DNA of 64,000 nt from Verrucomicrobiota bacterium (GCA_049510745.1 JBEKYR010000004.1:96001-160000), one strand, 5' to 3'. Positions 1 through 10,302 are shown, numbered from the stretch's first letter. The notes: generated from the sequence alone by a model not told the origin. Translations and numbers: made by a program.

Positions 1-3000
1 CCGCCCCGATCCTGACCCTGAGCAACGTGGCCGCGGCCAATTCCGGCGCTTACTCGGTCGTTGTCAGCAATGCCTTCGGGTCCGCCACGAGTGCCGCCGC
101 GGACCTGACCGTTTATGCCGTCGCCTCCGGCGCCAGCAACCTGGTGCAGAACGGCGGCTTCGAAACGGGTGATTTCACCGGTTGGACACTCGCCGGCAAT
201 TCGTCTTATTCGTATGTCGCCTCCGGTGCAGCCTACGCGCACACGGGCAACTACAGCGCGCAACTTGGGGATAATGCCTACAATTTTGGTTACGGCGGCT
301 CGCTTTCCCAACCCTTGTCAACAACGCCGGGAACGTCCTATCGGTTGTCGCTCTGGCTGGAGAATTCCACCGGCCTGGTGCCCAATCTGTTTCTGGTCAG
401 TTGGAACGGCGCCACCGTCTTCAACCAGACCAACCTCACCGGCCAGGGCTGGGAGAATCTCCAATTCATCGTCACAGCTCAATCCTCCGTTACTCTCCTC
501 CAATTCGAGTTCGAGGATGAGTTGGCTTATTTGGGACTGGACGATGTCAGCGTCAGCAACATCACGGTGGGCGGCGCGCCCCTGGTGACGGTCCCGCCCG
601 CCCTCCAAACCGTCCCGCCCGGCGCCCAGGCCGCTTTCCATGTCGTGGCCGTGGGCGGCGCGCCGCTGGCCTACCACTGGCAATTGAACGGCACTAATCT
701 TACCGATGGCGGAGGCATCACTGGTTCGACTACTTCCAATCTTACCATCGCGGGCGTTTCCGCCGCCAACGCCGGCGGCTACGCGGTGAGCGTCACCAAT
801 TCCTACGGCAGCGTCACCAGTTCCATGGTCCCGCTCACGGTCCTGCCGCCCGCGGCCAGCCTGATTACTTTCGACGATCTTGCGGAAACGACCTCCGGCC
901 TGCCGATTCCCGCCGGCTACCACGGGCTGACGTGGAGCAACTTCGACGAAATGGACGGGGTTTATTTTCCAATTCCCGGCGGTTATGGAGCCGGGGTCGT
1001 CTCGCCGAACAACATCGCGTTCAACTCCGGCGGCTACCCTGCCGCCATCAGCGGCGGCACCTTCAGCCTGTTGAGCGCGCGCCTCACGGCGGCGTGGAAT
1101 GACGAATTGGAGGTGGAAGCGATTGGCTATTACAATGGCACGGTCGTCTATGATGGCAGCTTCACCTTGAGCGCGACCGCTCCCGCGCTGGTTGACTTCA
1201 ACTATCAGGGAATCGATCAGGTGCTGTTCATTGCCTCGGGCGGCACGCCCCATTTGCCTTATTCTCAAGCGCCGGCCAGCCAATTCGTCATCGACAATGT
1301 CGTCATTAGTCCTGCCGCCGGTCCTCCGCAAATCACGACGCAGCCGGCCAGCCAGGCCGTGCCCGCCGGCACGACGGCGACGTTCAACGTCAGCGCCGAG
1401 GGCAGCGCGCCGCTGAGTTACCAATGGAGAATGAACGGCGCTAATCTCACCAGCGGCGGCGCCCTCTCCGGCGCCACTTCCAGCGCGCTGACCATCAGCA
1501 ATGTCACCGCCGCCAATGTGGGGTCTTACTCTGTCGTCGTCAGCAATTCTTACGGCGCCGCCACCAGTTCCGATGCGCTCCTGACCCTCCTGCCGGCCGG
1601 CACCGACCTGATTACCTTTGACGATCTGGAGGATATCGCGGACGGAGCTTACATACCGGACGGCTACCACGGCCTGATCTGGAACAATTTTGCCGAGTTG
1701 GACGGCGTCAACTACGGCCAGCCCAGCGGCTACGGCGCAGGTGTCGTCTCGCCGAACAATATCGCGTTCAATGCGGGCGGATACCCGGCCGGCCTGATCG
1801 CCGCCGGGCCTTTCAACCTGCTCAACGCCTATCTCACCGCCGCCTGGAACGATAATTTGCAGGTGGAAGTGATCGGATTCGCGGGCGGCGAGCTGGCTTA
1901 CGACACCACCTATACCTTGAGCGCGACGCAACCGATGCTAGTCAACTTCAATTATATGGGGGTGGACGAAGTGAATTTCATTTCATCCGGCGGCACACCG
2001 CATCTGGCCTACGGGAATTATCCGGGCTACCAATTCGTGATGGACAACGTGCTGATCGGTCCGGCGCAAGCTCCGCCGCAAATCGCCGTCCAACCCGCCG
2101 GCCAGATCGTCCCCGCAGGTACGCCGGTTTCACTCGCCGTGGCTGCCACCGGCAGCGCGCCGTTGAGCTACCAATGGCAACGGAACGGCCTGCCACTGAC
2201 CGACGGCGGCAACCTCTCCGGGTCGGCCACATCCAATCTGACGTTCAGCGCGATCGCGGCCTCCAACGCGGGGGTGTATTCGGTCACGATCACAAACCCG
2301 TTCGGCCTGGCCGCCAGCGCGCCCGCGGTGCTCGCCGTTTATTCGCCGGCGCCGGGCGCCAGCAACCTGGTGCAGAACGGCGGCTTCGAAACGGGTGATT
2401 TCACCGGCTGGACGCTTTCCGGCGATACCAACGACAGCTTCGTCACCAGTTATGCTCCCTTTGTCCACTCCGGCACGTACGGGGCCGAGATGGGGCCGCC
2501 GAGCTTGTTGGGCGCGCTGCTCTCGCAATCGGTGCCGACCACGCCGGGCGGGACCTATTTGCTCTCTGTCTGGCTGGCAAACCCTTACGCTACTCCTCCC
2601 AACGCCATCCAAATCACCTGGAATGGCGGCACCGTTTACAATCAGCAAAACATGGGGTATCAGACATGGCTCAATCCGCAATTCATTGTCACCGCTTCCA
2701 CCACCAACAGCGTGCTGCTCTTGGACGTTCAAAACGAGTTCGGCGCGTTTGGATTGGACGACATCAGCGTGTCGAACGTGGTGGCGGGCAATTTGGGGAC
2801 GCCGCCGCAAATCAGCGGCCCTTCATTCACCGTGGCCGGCGGTCAATTTTCCTTCTCTTGGACGGCGCAAGTGGGTCAAAGCTACCAGGTGCAATATACC
2901 ACCAATCTGGCCCATCCCACCTGGATAAACCTCGGCCCCAGCACCAACGCCATCGTCCCCGTCATGACCACATCCGACACCATCGCCGGCCACCAACGCT

Positions 3001-3026
3001 TCTACCGCGTCGCCCTGCTGCCGTGA
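1..3026 (+). CDS. Large surface/secreted protein (5'-truncated): Ig-like repeats, two NGGFETG carbohydrate-binding-like modules, two ITFDDL modules, C-terminal FYRV-type domain
   Basis: Open frame from the window edge. Ig I-set motifs (YQWxxNG...L.I..V...aG.Y.V.V.N), NLVQNGGFETGDFTGWT x2, LITFDDL..IP.GYHGL.W.NF x2, ends ...QRFYRVALLP. Confidence 0.85.
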   Translation, partial: APILTLSNVAAANSGAYSVVVSNAFGSATSAAADLTVYAVASGASNLVQNGGFETGDFTGWTLAGNSSYSYVASGAAYAHTGNYSAQLGDNAYNFGYGGSLSQPLSTTPGTSYRLSLWLENSTGLVPNLFLVSWNGATVFNQTNLTGQGWENLQFIVTAQSSVTLLQFEFEDELAYLGLDDVSVSNITVGGAPLVTVPPALQTVPPGAQAAFHVVAVGGAPLAYHWQLNGTNLTDGGGITGSTTSNLTIAGVSAANAGGYAVSVTNSYGSVTSSMVPLTVLPPAASLITFDDLAETTSGLPIPAGYHGLTWSNFDEMDGVYFPIPGGYGAGVVSPNNIAFNSGGYPAAISGGTFSLLSARLTAAWNDELEVEAIGYYNGTVVYDGSFTLSATAPALVDFNYQGIDQVLFIASGGTPHLPYSQAPASQFVIDNVVISPAAGPPQITTQPASQAVPAGTTATFNVSAEGSAPLSYQWRMNGANLTSGGALSGATSSALTISNVTAANVGSYSVVVSNSYGAATSSDALLTLLPAGTDLITFDDLEDIADGAYIPDGYHGLIWNNFAELDGVNYGQPSGYGAGVVSPNNIAFNAGGYPAGLIAAGPFNLLNAYLTAAWNDNLQVEVIGFAGGELAYDTTYTLSATQPMLVNFNYMGVDEVNFISSGGTPHLAYGNYPGYQFVMDNVLIGPAQAPPQIAVQPAGQIVPAGTPVSLAVAATGSAPLSYQWQRNGLPLTDGGNLSGSATSNLTFSAIAASNAGVYSVTITNPFGLAASAPAVLAVYSPAPGASNLVQNGGFETGDFTGWTLSGDTNDSFVTSYAPFVHSGTYGAEMGPPSLLGALLSQSVPTTPGGTYLLSVWLANPYATPPNAIQITWNGGTVYNQQNMGYQTWLNPQFIVTASTTNSVLLLDVQNEFGAFGLDDISVSNVVAGNLGTPPQISGPSFTVAGGQFSFSWTAQVGQSYQVQYTTNLAHPTWINLGPSTNAIVPVMTTSDTIAGHQRFYRVALLP

Positions 3027-3063
3027 GAGGTCCTTTTTAACGCGATGCAGCGGATTGGCGAGA

Positions 3064-3139
3064 TGGTGGGTTGGCGGGGACTCGAACCCCGGACCAATGC
3101 CTTAAAAGGGCACTGCTCTACCAACTGAGCTACCAACCC
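3064..3139 (-). tRNA. tRNA-Lys (anticodon TTT)
   Basis: Reverse complement GGGTTGGTAGCTCAGTTGGTAGAGCAGTGCCCTTTTAAGGCATTGGTCCGGGGTTCGAGTCCCCGCCAACCCACCA: 76-nt cloverleaf, loop CTTTTAA, encoded CCA. Confidence 0.97.
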
Positions 3140-3605
3140 AACAGGCCGGAATTCAGACAGTTCCAACAGTTGTCGCGCCACCGGCATTTCACAAAGTCGC
3201 GGAGAACCTGTCCCTGCCCGAATCATCGGGCCGTTAATATGCCGTACAAAAGCGAAGAGGCAAGCAGTTTCGTCGGACCTTGAAGACAAGGGACGGAAAA
3301 CCGGCCCATCGCCCCGCGTTCCGAGTTCAGCACAACTCGTAGAACGACTCCCGGCCAAGGTGCTTCACATACTTCTTTAGCAGCGCGGGAAGCGTCGCCG
3401 GCGGCCCCAAACTGATCCAATCATCGACCGATCCTCTGAAACAGTACCGTTCCGCCGTGAAGCGGCGTTGCGCCGGGTCTGTCAGAATAAATTAAACTTT
3501 GCCTGATCTGGAAGTCTGTTCGATGCTCATAAAGAAAAGTGGAAGCCTCCGGCCGCCTTGGCGATGGAGCCGCTGTCGCGCTGCCATGCCCCGGACGACG
3601 ACGGC

Positions 3606-4178
3606 CTATTTCGCCCCTTGATCAATCCAGGCGCGGATCAAACCGACTTGCTCCGCTGTGAGCGGTTTTGGCGGCGGGCCGCCTCTGCCAGGGCCGCCTT
3701 GGCCACCGGGGCCGCCGGGACCAGGAGGTCCGCCTGGGCCGCCCGCCCCGCCGGCGTCACCGGAGGGCGGTGGGCCGTTGCCGGGGCCGCCGGGAGGAGG
3801 ACCACCGGGGCCGCCCGGACCGCGCGGTTTGCGCTGCGGCGGCATGGCGATCTTGTCATCGATGCGCGCGGCGGCTGCGACCAGCAGACTCTTCTTGCTC
3901 TCGCCCGGCACAATCATCTTGCCGTCGTGACCGCCCTTGAGGGCGCCCGCAAGGCTGTCGAGCTGGAAGCTGGCTTTGGGCTTCTCTTTTCCGTGGCATC
4001 GGATGCAGGACGCCTGGAAAAAAGGCTGGATATCCTTGTCATAGGTCAGGCCCTGCTTATCGGCGGCGGGCGGCAGCTTGCTGACATCGACTTTGCTGAT
4101 GTCCCATTCGTTCTGCGCGGCAGCCGGCAGGGCGGCCATGGCAACTCCAATTAAAATTAAGGCGGTGGCATGTTTCAT
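3606..4178 (-). CDS. Planctomycete-type monoheme cytochrome c with Gly/Pro-rich insertion
   Basis: Signal peptide MKHATALILIG..., YDKDIQPFFQASCIRCHG, IVPGESKKSLL, MPP...LTAEQVGLIRAWIDQGAK. Confidence 0.85.
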   Translation of the reverse strand: MKHATALILIGVAMAALPAAAQNEWDISKVDVSKLPPAADKQGLTYDKDIQPFFQASCIRCHGKEKPKASFQLDSLAGALKGGHDGKMIVPGESKKSLLVAAAARIDDKIAMPPQRKPRGPGGPGGPPPGGPGNGPPPSGDAGGAGGPGGPPGPGGPGGQGGPGRGGPPPKPLTAEQVGLIRAWIDQGAK

Positions 4179-4272
4179 ATTAGATTGCGCTCTGTTTAAT
4201 CCCTTGGCCGGCAAATGCAAGAAAAAGATGAGGCTGGCGCGTCATGCGTTTGCCTGACACATTCCCCTCCCG

Positions 4273-5397
4273 ATGCCCGCTTATGTCCTCATTGTCCCGG
4301 ATAAATTCAAAGGCAGCCTGACCGCCCAACAGGCGGCCGGCTCCATCGCCCGCGGCTGGCGCAAAGCGCGGCCCGACGATTCTCTGGACGTGCTGCCAAT
4401 GAGCGACGGCGGCGACGGCTTCGGCCAAATCCTCAGCGCCCTGCTCGGCGCGCGGACGCGAAAGACAGCCACGCTCGACGCCGCCCATCGCCCCTTGCAC
4501 GCGACTTGGTGGTGGCAGGCCACGAAAAGAACGGCCATTGTCGAATCGGCCAAAGTCATTGGCGTGGCCATGCTGCCGCCGAAAAAATTCCACCCGTTTC
4601 AACTCGACACTTTCGGCCTGGGAAAGCTGCTGGCGGCGGCGGCCAAGGCCGGCGCCAGGGAATGTATCGTCGGCATCGGCGGCAGCGCCACCAATGACGG
4701 CGGCTTCGGCCTGGCCCGCAGTCTGGGGTGGAAATTCCTGGACCGGTCGGGAGGGGAACTGGACGAGTGGTGGCGTTTGGGCGGGTTGGCCGACGCGCGC
4801 AAACCTGCCGCCGCGCTAAGCCTGCGCACGGTCGTCGCCGTGGATGTGCGCAATCCCCTGCTCGGCCCCGCCGGTTGCTCGCGCGTTTACGGGCCGCAAA
4901 AAGGACTGCGCCCCCAGGACTTTGCTTTTGCGGAAAAATGTCTCGGCCGATTGGCCTCGCGCATGAAAGAGCAACACGGCATCGACGTTGCAAACATCCC
5001 CGGCGCGGGCGCGGCGGGCGGCTTGGGTTTTGGTTTGATGGCGTTCGCGGATGCGAAGGTCGAGTCGGGTTTCGATTTATTCGCGCGCTTTGCCCAATTG
5101 GAAAAGCGCATCCGCACCGCCGACCTCGTCATCACCGGCGAAGGCGCGATTGACGAGCAGACGCGGATGGGAAAAGGCGTCGGCCAAATCGCGCGCCTTT
5201 GCGCCCGGTGCGGCGTGCCGTGCGTGGCCCTGGCGGGCATTGTGGAGAAATCCATTCGAGAGAGCCGCTTCTTTTCCGACATCCGCGCGCTGACGGATCA
5301 CGCGACTCCGCAACGCGCCCGGGCCTTGGCCGCGCGCCTGCTCGAACAATTGGCCGAAGAAGCCTCATCTGATTTTGCCGGGAGGGGCAGGATTTGA
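4273..5397 (+). CDS. glxK: Glycerate kinase (GlxK/GarK family)
   Basis: PDKFKGSL, PMSDGGDG, GIGGSATNDGG, GAGAAGGLG, VITGEG motifs. Confidence 0.92.
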   Translation: MPAYVLIVPDKFKGSLTAQQAAGSIARGWRKARPDDSLDVLPMSDGGDGFGQILSALLGARTRKTATLDAAHRPLHATWWWQATKRTAIVESAKVIGVAMLPPKKFHPFQLDTFGLGKLLAAAAKAGARECIVGIGGSATNDGGFGLARSLGWKFLDRSGGELDEWWRLGGLADARKPAAALSLRTVVAVDVRNPLLGPAGCSRVYGPQKGLRPQDFAFAEKCLGRLASRMKEQHGIDVANIPGAGAAGGLGFGLMAFADAKVESGFDLFARFAQLEKRIRTADLVITGEGAIDEQTRMGKGVGQIARLCARCGVPCVALAGIVEKSIRESRFFSDIRALTDHATPQRARALAARLLEQLAEEASSDFAGRGRI

Positions 5398-5438
5398 ATT
5401 GACGGGCCCGGCGACGGATTTCGTTGCGCGGAGCCGCC
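5393..5438 (+). repeat. ~45-bp imperfect direct repeat, copy 1 (copy 2 at 6729-6773)
   Basis: tttgaattgacgggcccggcgacggatttcgttgcgcggagccgcc vs tttgaattgacgggccaggcgctggatttcgttgcgcgggccgcc. Confidence 0.85.
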
Positions 5439-5517
5439 TGTTTGATTTCCGTGGCGGCAATCTCCTTGTCAGGCACGCCATTTTGGGCCAGGATGAACCA
5501 AAATTGGAACGGATTAT

Positions 5518-6738
5518 ATGCCTGCTGACTTGCGTCCCTCGCCTTTTCCAGCTTTGATGCTCGGTGGATTCATCCTCATTGCTGTCCAAACCGCCGGCGC
5601 GGTCCAATTCCAGATTTCTGACGCGACCGAATTCAGCAAAGTCATTGACACCAATGCCGTCTTCATCACCAACGCCACGATCAACTCTCAGATTGAAGGA
5701 CCAGTATGGATTCCCAACGGCCAATTTCTCGTGTTCAGCGACATGGGCAACAACAAGCTTAAGAAGCTGGATCCGTCAAACAATCTGCTCTCGGATTACT
5801 TTTTGGAGCCTTTAGGGGCGAAATACAATGGCAACATTCTGGATTGGCAGGAGCGTTTGATTTCCTGCGAATCCGGCAGCAGCGGGTTCAAGGTGGTAAT
5901 GACTACGAACGTGGTAGTAGGGACCTCCAGTGGCGTGATCGTTTCGCTGGTGACAAGCTGCAATGGCCTGAAATTTATTTCGCCCAACGACGTCTGCATT
6001 AAATCTGACGGCTCCATCTGGTTCACCGATACGGGATCCGATAGTGGCATTGCTGCGGGCACTTCCGGGTATCAACCCGGCTACTATGTGTATCGCTTTT
6101 ACGAAACCAACGGCAATGCGACGGTGGTGCCGGTGATTACAAATGGTCTTCAGAGGCCTAATGGCATCTGTTTTTCGCCGGATGAAACCAAATTGTATGT
6201 TGCCGACGATGGCATCAATTGGAATATGACCAACATCATGGTATATAACGTCACCAGCAGCAACACGTTGACTGGCGGCAAGATTTTCTGCACCGTCAAC
6301 GGCGGCTTTTCTGACGGATTCCGCTGTGACGTGGATGGGCGGATTTGGTCCACCGCCGGAGACGGCGTGGAAATTTTTGCGCCAGACGGACATCGGATTG
6401 GAAAAATTTTGATGGGCAGCCGCCCTAACAACCTCTGTTTTGCCGGGTCGAAATATCAAACGCTGTTCACGGTCGGCCAGCCCAACGTGTGCTCGTTTCC
6501 AGTGCTGGTCGCGGGCGCGGTTTCGATTCGGAAGCTGGCCGCTTGCAGCAATGGAGGCCAACTCGTGGTGTCGTGGCCCGCGCCATCCACGGGATTCAAG
6601 TTGCAGTCATCGGATTCCTTGGGTGCCCAGGCAGCCTGGACAAATGTCACCGACTCGCCCCAAGTCACCAACGGATTGAACCTAATGAATTTGTCCCCGA
6701 CAAATGCCGAGAAATTCTTGCGACTGCGTTTGAATTGA
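5518..6738 (+). CDS. SMP-30/gluconolactonase family protein, secreted, with C-terminal extra domain
   Basis: EGPVW, SPNDV, WFTD, PNGICFSPD, DGFRCD..G.IW motifs; N-terminal hydrophobic signal; C-terminal SWP..STGF.LQ....L...W...KFLRL. Confidence 0.9.
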   Translation: MPADLRPSPFPALMLGGFILIAVQTAGAVQFQISDATEFSKVIDTNAVFITNATINSQIEGPVWIPNGQFLVFSDMGNNKLKKLDPSNNLLSDYFLEPLGAKYNGNILDWQERLISCESGSSGFKVVMTTNVVVGTSSGVIVSLVTSCNGLKFISPNDVCIKSDGSIWFTDTGSDSGIAAGTSGYQPGYYVYRFYETNGNATVVPVITNGLQRPNGICFSPDETKLYVADDGINWNMTNIMVYNVTSSNTLTGGKIFCTVNGGFSDGFRCDVDGRIWSTAGDGVEIFAPDGHRIGKILMGSRPNNLCFAGSKYQTLFTVGQPNVCSFPVLVAGAVSIRKLAACSNGGQLVVSWPAPSTGFKLQSSDSLGAQAAWTNVTDSPQVTNGLNLMNLSPTNAEKFLRLRLN

Positions 6739-6773
6739 CGGGCCAGGCGCTGGATTTCGTTGCGCGGGCCGCC
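6729..6773 (+). repeat. ~45-bp imperfect direct repeat, copy 2
   Basis: Matches 5393-5438; overlaps the SMP-30 stop codon. Confidence 0.85.
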
Positions 6774-6851
6774 GGGATCTGGGTGTCCGATTTTTGTCGA
6801 AACGTGTTCCGTTGTCTGTTAGAGTTTGAAGATCTTTCGCTTTTTGACGCC

Positions 6852-8069
6852 ATGAAAGCCACTCGAACCACTCGCAGAGATTTCCTGAAACAATCCGCCG
6901 TCACCGGCGTCGGCATCGGCGCAGGTTTGCGCGCCGCCACCTTCGGCGGGGTTGCAATGGCGAGCTACGACCCGACTACTATCACAGCGACGGTCGGCAT
7001 CTCCAAGGGACCGGACCGGGCGGACAATGCGTTCCGGGCGTGTCAGTTGTTCAAGAAAGATATCGCCGCGGCCATCGGGACCAAGCGCGTGGTCATCAAG
7101 GTCAATTTCGTGGCGCTCCCATCATCCGGCAACGACTGCGCCTACACCCGTGTGCAGCATGTCGAGGGGATTCTGGAGTTCTTGAAGTCCATTGGCAAGC
7201 GGGACGTGGTCGTCGCGGAATCGCCTGCCGGGGGCAACACGATCTCCGGCTATGACCAATGCGGATATTGGCCCCTCACCAAGAAGTATCCTGTCAAGCT
7301 GATGGACCTTAATCAGGAAGGATTTGTCAACGCCCCGATTTGGCAATATGGCAGCTCATCGAATACCACGCAGAAGACGATTCGCCTCTGCAAGATGTAT
7401 TTCAACCCGAACAATTTCATTATTTCCGCGACCCCGCTCAAGACGCACAACACCGTCGTCGTGACGTTGTCCGGGAAGAATATCGGCATGAGCGCGCCCC
7501 TGATTGACTTCGGCTTCAATTGGGCGCAAAGCGGGTCGTGGTATCCGATGACCCCGAAGTATTGGATGCACGGCTACGCGGGCGGCACGGCGTATCCTCC
7601 GGGAGACTTTCAAGCGCTGAATGACAACGTCTATAAGATGTTGGCCATCTATAATATCCGCCCGCACTTGGCCGTCCTCGACGCCTATCAGGGAACGGAG
7701 CACAATGGTCCTCACCTCGGCTCCTTCATCGCCAATCCCCAGCAACTCGCTGTGGTTTCCCGCGATTGGCTGGCGGCGGACCGCATTGGGCTGACACTGA
7801 TGGGCACGAACGTTTATGTTGTGCTCAACCATACGCAAGACGGTCACGAAATGCCATATCCGGCCGTCTTGAACTACTGCTGGCAGGCGGGCCTGGGTGA
7901 ATGGGACGATAGAAAAATCCAAGTCATTGGCGACCTCGGCAACATGACAGGCTATTCGCTTAAGGGGAATGCCAGCGTTTACAACTACCAGCCAAATGAC
8001 AACCAGTCTTCGCAACTCGGAATGCGCACGACTCCGCGAGAAGGAACCATTGTTAACCAGATCACCTGA
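6852..8069 (+). CDS. Tat-exported DUF362 family protein
   Basis: TRRDFLK twin-arginine signal; VVIKVN, VAES, LKTHN...VTLSGKN, D.LAADRIG motifs typical of DUF362. Confidence 0.8.
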   Translation: MKATRTTRRDFLKQSAVTGVGIGAGLRAATFGGVAMASYDPTTITATVGISKGPDRADNAFRACQLFKKDIAAAIGTKRVVIKVNFVALPSSGNDCAYTRVQHVEGILEFLKSIGKRDVVVAESPAGGNTISGYDQCGYWPLTKKYPVKLMDLNQEGFVNAPIWQYGSSSNTTQKTIRLCKMYFNPNNFIISATPLKTHNTVVVTLSGKNIGMSAPLIDFGFNWAQSGSWYPMTPKYWMHGYAGGTAYPPGDFQALNDNVYKMLAIYNIRPHLAVLDAYQGTEHNGPHLGSFIANPQQLAVVSRDWLAADRIGLTLMGTNVYVVLNHTQDGHEMPYPAVLNYCWQAGLGEWDDRKIQVIGDLGNMTGYSLKGNASVYNYQPNDNQSSQLGMRTTPREGTIVNQIT

Positions 8070-8121
8070 TTCAAGCGGCCGGCGTCGCGATGCCTTTGGC
8101 GCAACTCAATTCCAACTCCTT

Positions 8122-10302
8122 ATGAAGCTGAATTTCTTCCTTTCCAACCGGGTGCAGAAGGCCCTCCTTGCCACCAGCGTGTGCCTGGCCATTCTTCCCG
8201 CCACCGTCGAAGCTCTCCCGGCGCCGCAGTGGATGCAAGGTGGGCATTCGGCCAGAATCTCCGGCATGGCCTGCTCGCCCGATGGCGCCATGATTGCATC
8301 CTCGAGCGAGGACGGCACTGTCAAGTTGTGGTCCACGAACGGGACCCTTCTAAGGACGCTGACCGCGCAATCCTGTCCCCTCACCGCGCTTGCCTGGTCG
8401 CCGGACGGCACGAAGATCGCCGCCGGCACTTACTACGGCGGTTACTATTTCGGCGCCGCGGGCATGGGTCTGACTTACCTCTGGCAGGCGCCAAGCGGGT
8501 GGACTGCCGCCAACGTCAGCCTGGTGCGCATCAGCACCAACCTCTACGGCAAGGTCACCGCCCTGGCTTTTCGAGCCGACAGCCTCCGGCTCGCTTCCGG
8601 ATGTGAAACGGGCAGCAATTTCGTCACCTCGGTCGCGAATGGATCCTTTGTTGCTACACGCCCGGCTTACAACACCTGGGTGGAACCGGCGGCGGTGACC
8701 AGCGTTGCCTTCTCTACGAAAGGCATGATGGCGTCCGGATGCGAAGACAGCACGATTTGCGTCTTTGACTCGTCCTGGAACCTGCTGTGGACGTCAACCA
8801 ACGCCGCCAACGCGCACACGACCAATGTCACCTCAGTGGCCTTCTCGCCGGACGGCTTGTTCCTGGCCACGGCAAGCCTGGATCAAACCATCAAGGTCTG
8901 GTCAACGACCAACTGGGCATGTTTGCATACAATGGGCCGACACACCAATGGTGCTTCCTCTGTCGCCTTCAGTCCTGATGGACAAAAGATCGTCTCTGGC
9001 AGCGTTGATGGAACTGTCAAGATTTGGAACTGGGCGGCCGGCACATGCCTGCTGACGATTGCCGCACACGTGCTTCCTGTCACGTCAACCGTTTTCACGC
9101 TCGATGGTGCGCGCGTCATTTCCGCGAGCGACGATGACACCATCCGCATCTGGTCGGCGACCAATGGGTCCGCAGTTCTCACCTTGGGCGGTCAGTGGGA
9201 TTACATCGGTGCTGTGGCCTTTTCTCCCGATGGCACGCTGTGCGCCAGCGCCGGTGGCAATGAGACCATCCAGGTGCGCGAGACCAGCGGCGGCTCGCTC
9301 GTGCGGACGCTGGCCGCAAACACGAATTTTGTCAGCAGTCTGGCGTTTTCGCCCGACAGCGCGAGGCTGGCCTCGGGTGGGGGTCCGTTGGAACCCACCA
9401 TCAAAATCTGGCAGATAAGCAACGGCGCGTTGCTCAACACGATTCCAGCGACGACGAACGGGGTGATGGCGCTGGCGTGGTCGCCGGATGGCACGATGCT
9501 GGCTTCAGGCGGGGATTGCGCCGAGCAGAAAATCCGATTGTGGAGCACAACAAGTGGCGACAGCCCGCTCTACACCTTTGCGGGCCACACCAACGGTGTG
9601 ACCGCGCTGGCGTTTTCTCCGGACGGCACCATGCTGGCTTCAGGCGGCCGGCGGTTCGACAACGCGGTCAGAATCTGGTCCCTCACTACCGGCAACTTGC
9701 TGCAAACGTTGTGGGGCCATGCCTGGAACATCGAGGCTGTCGCCTTCTCGCCCGACGGATCCAGGGTCGCCTCCGGCAGCAGTGGAACGAACTCGCTCAA
9801 GGTCTGGCAGCTTTCCGACGGTTCGTCGCGCACCTTCGGCAGCGACACCAATCCCGTCTTCGCTGTCGCGTTCTCCCCGGACGGCGCCACGCTGGCGGCA
9901 GTGGACCAGAACACGGTTCAATTCTGGAACGTGGCTGCGGGTACGCTCAACCAAACATACACTCAGGAAACCGTCCGGCCATCAAGCATTGCCTATTCAC
10001 CGAATGGCAACCTTTTCCTGTGCGGCCGGGAGGACGGCACGGTGACGATGTCAACCAACAACCTTGGCGCGTTGGGCCAGCCGGCGTTGGCCTTTGCTCC
10101 TCTCACGCTTAATCCGATGGGAGCGACGACGATCAGCGCGCCGGTCCAGCCTTGGACGCATTACGTGCTTTTCTCTTCAACCAACCTGACAGACTGGTCG
10201 TTTCTGGCCTCGGCGGTCAGCAGCTCGAACACGCTGACTTTTTCCGGACCGTCCACCAGCAGCGCGCAGGCCGGATTCTTCCGCGCGACGACTCCGCCCT
10301 GA
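8122..10302 (+). CDS. Secreted WD40-repeat protein (about two propellers) with C-terminal extra domain
   Basis: Many GH...V.SVAFSPDG..LASG..D.TIKIW repeats; signal peptide; ends GFFRATTPP. Confidence 0.92.
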   Translation: MKLNFFLSNRVQKALLATSVCLAILPATVEALPAPQWMQGGHSARISGMACSPDGAMIASSSEDGTVKLWSTNGTLLRTLTAQSCPLTALAWSPDGTKIAAGTYYGGYYFGAAGMGLTYLWQAPSGWTAANVSLVRISTNLYGKVTALAFRADSLRLASGCETGSNFVTSVANGSFVATRPAYNTWVEPAAVTSVAFSTKGMMASGCEDSTICVFDSSWNLLWTSTNAANAHTTNVTSVAFSPDGLFLATASLDQTIKVWSTTNWACLHTMGRHTNGASSVAFSPDGQKIVSGSVDGTVKIWNWAAGTCLLTIAAHVLPVTSTVFTLDGARVISASDDDTIRIWSATNGSAVLTLGGQWDYIGAVAFSPDGTLCASAGGNETIQVRETSGGSLVRTLAANTNFVSSLAFSPDSARLASGGGPLEPTIKIWQISNGALLNTIPATTNGVMALAWSPDGTMLASGGDCAEQKIRLWSTTSGDSPLYTFAGHTNGVTALAFSPDGTMLASGGRRFDNAVRIWSLTTGNLLQTLWGHAWNIEAVAFSPDGSRVASGSSGTNSLKVWQLSDGSSRTFGSDTNPVFAVAFSPDGATLAAVDQNTVQFWNVAAGTLNQTYTQETVRPSSIAYSPNGNLFLCGREDGTVTMSTNNLGALGQPALAFAPLTLNPMGATTISAPVQPWTHYVLFSSTNLTDWSFLASAVSSSNTLTFSGPSTSSAQAGFFRATTPP

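Noticed and set aside
318..1931. Long antisense and alternative-frame ORFs (e.g. 318-1931, 17695-19335, 35937-37403, 44432-46366, 58732-60123)
   Set aside because: Shadow ORFs of GC-rich genes. They overlap well-supported CDSs and show no recognisable motifs.
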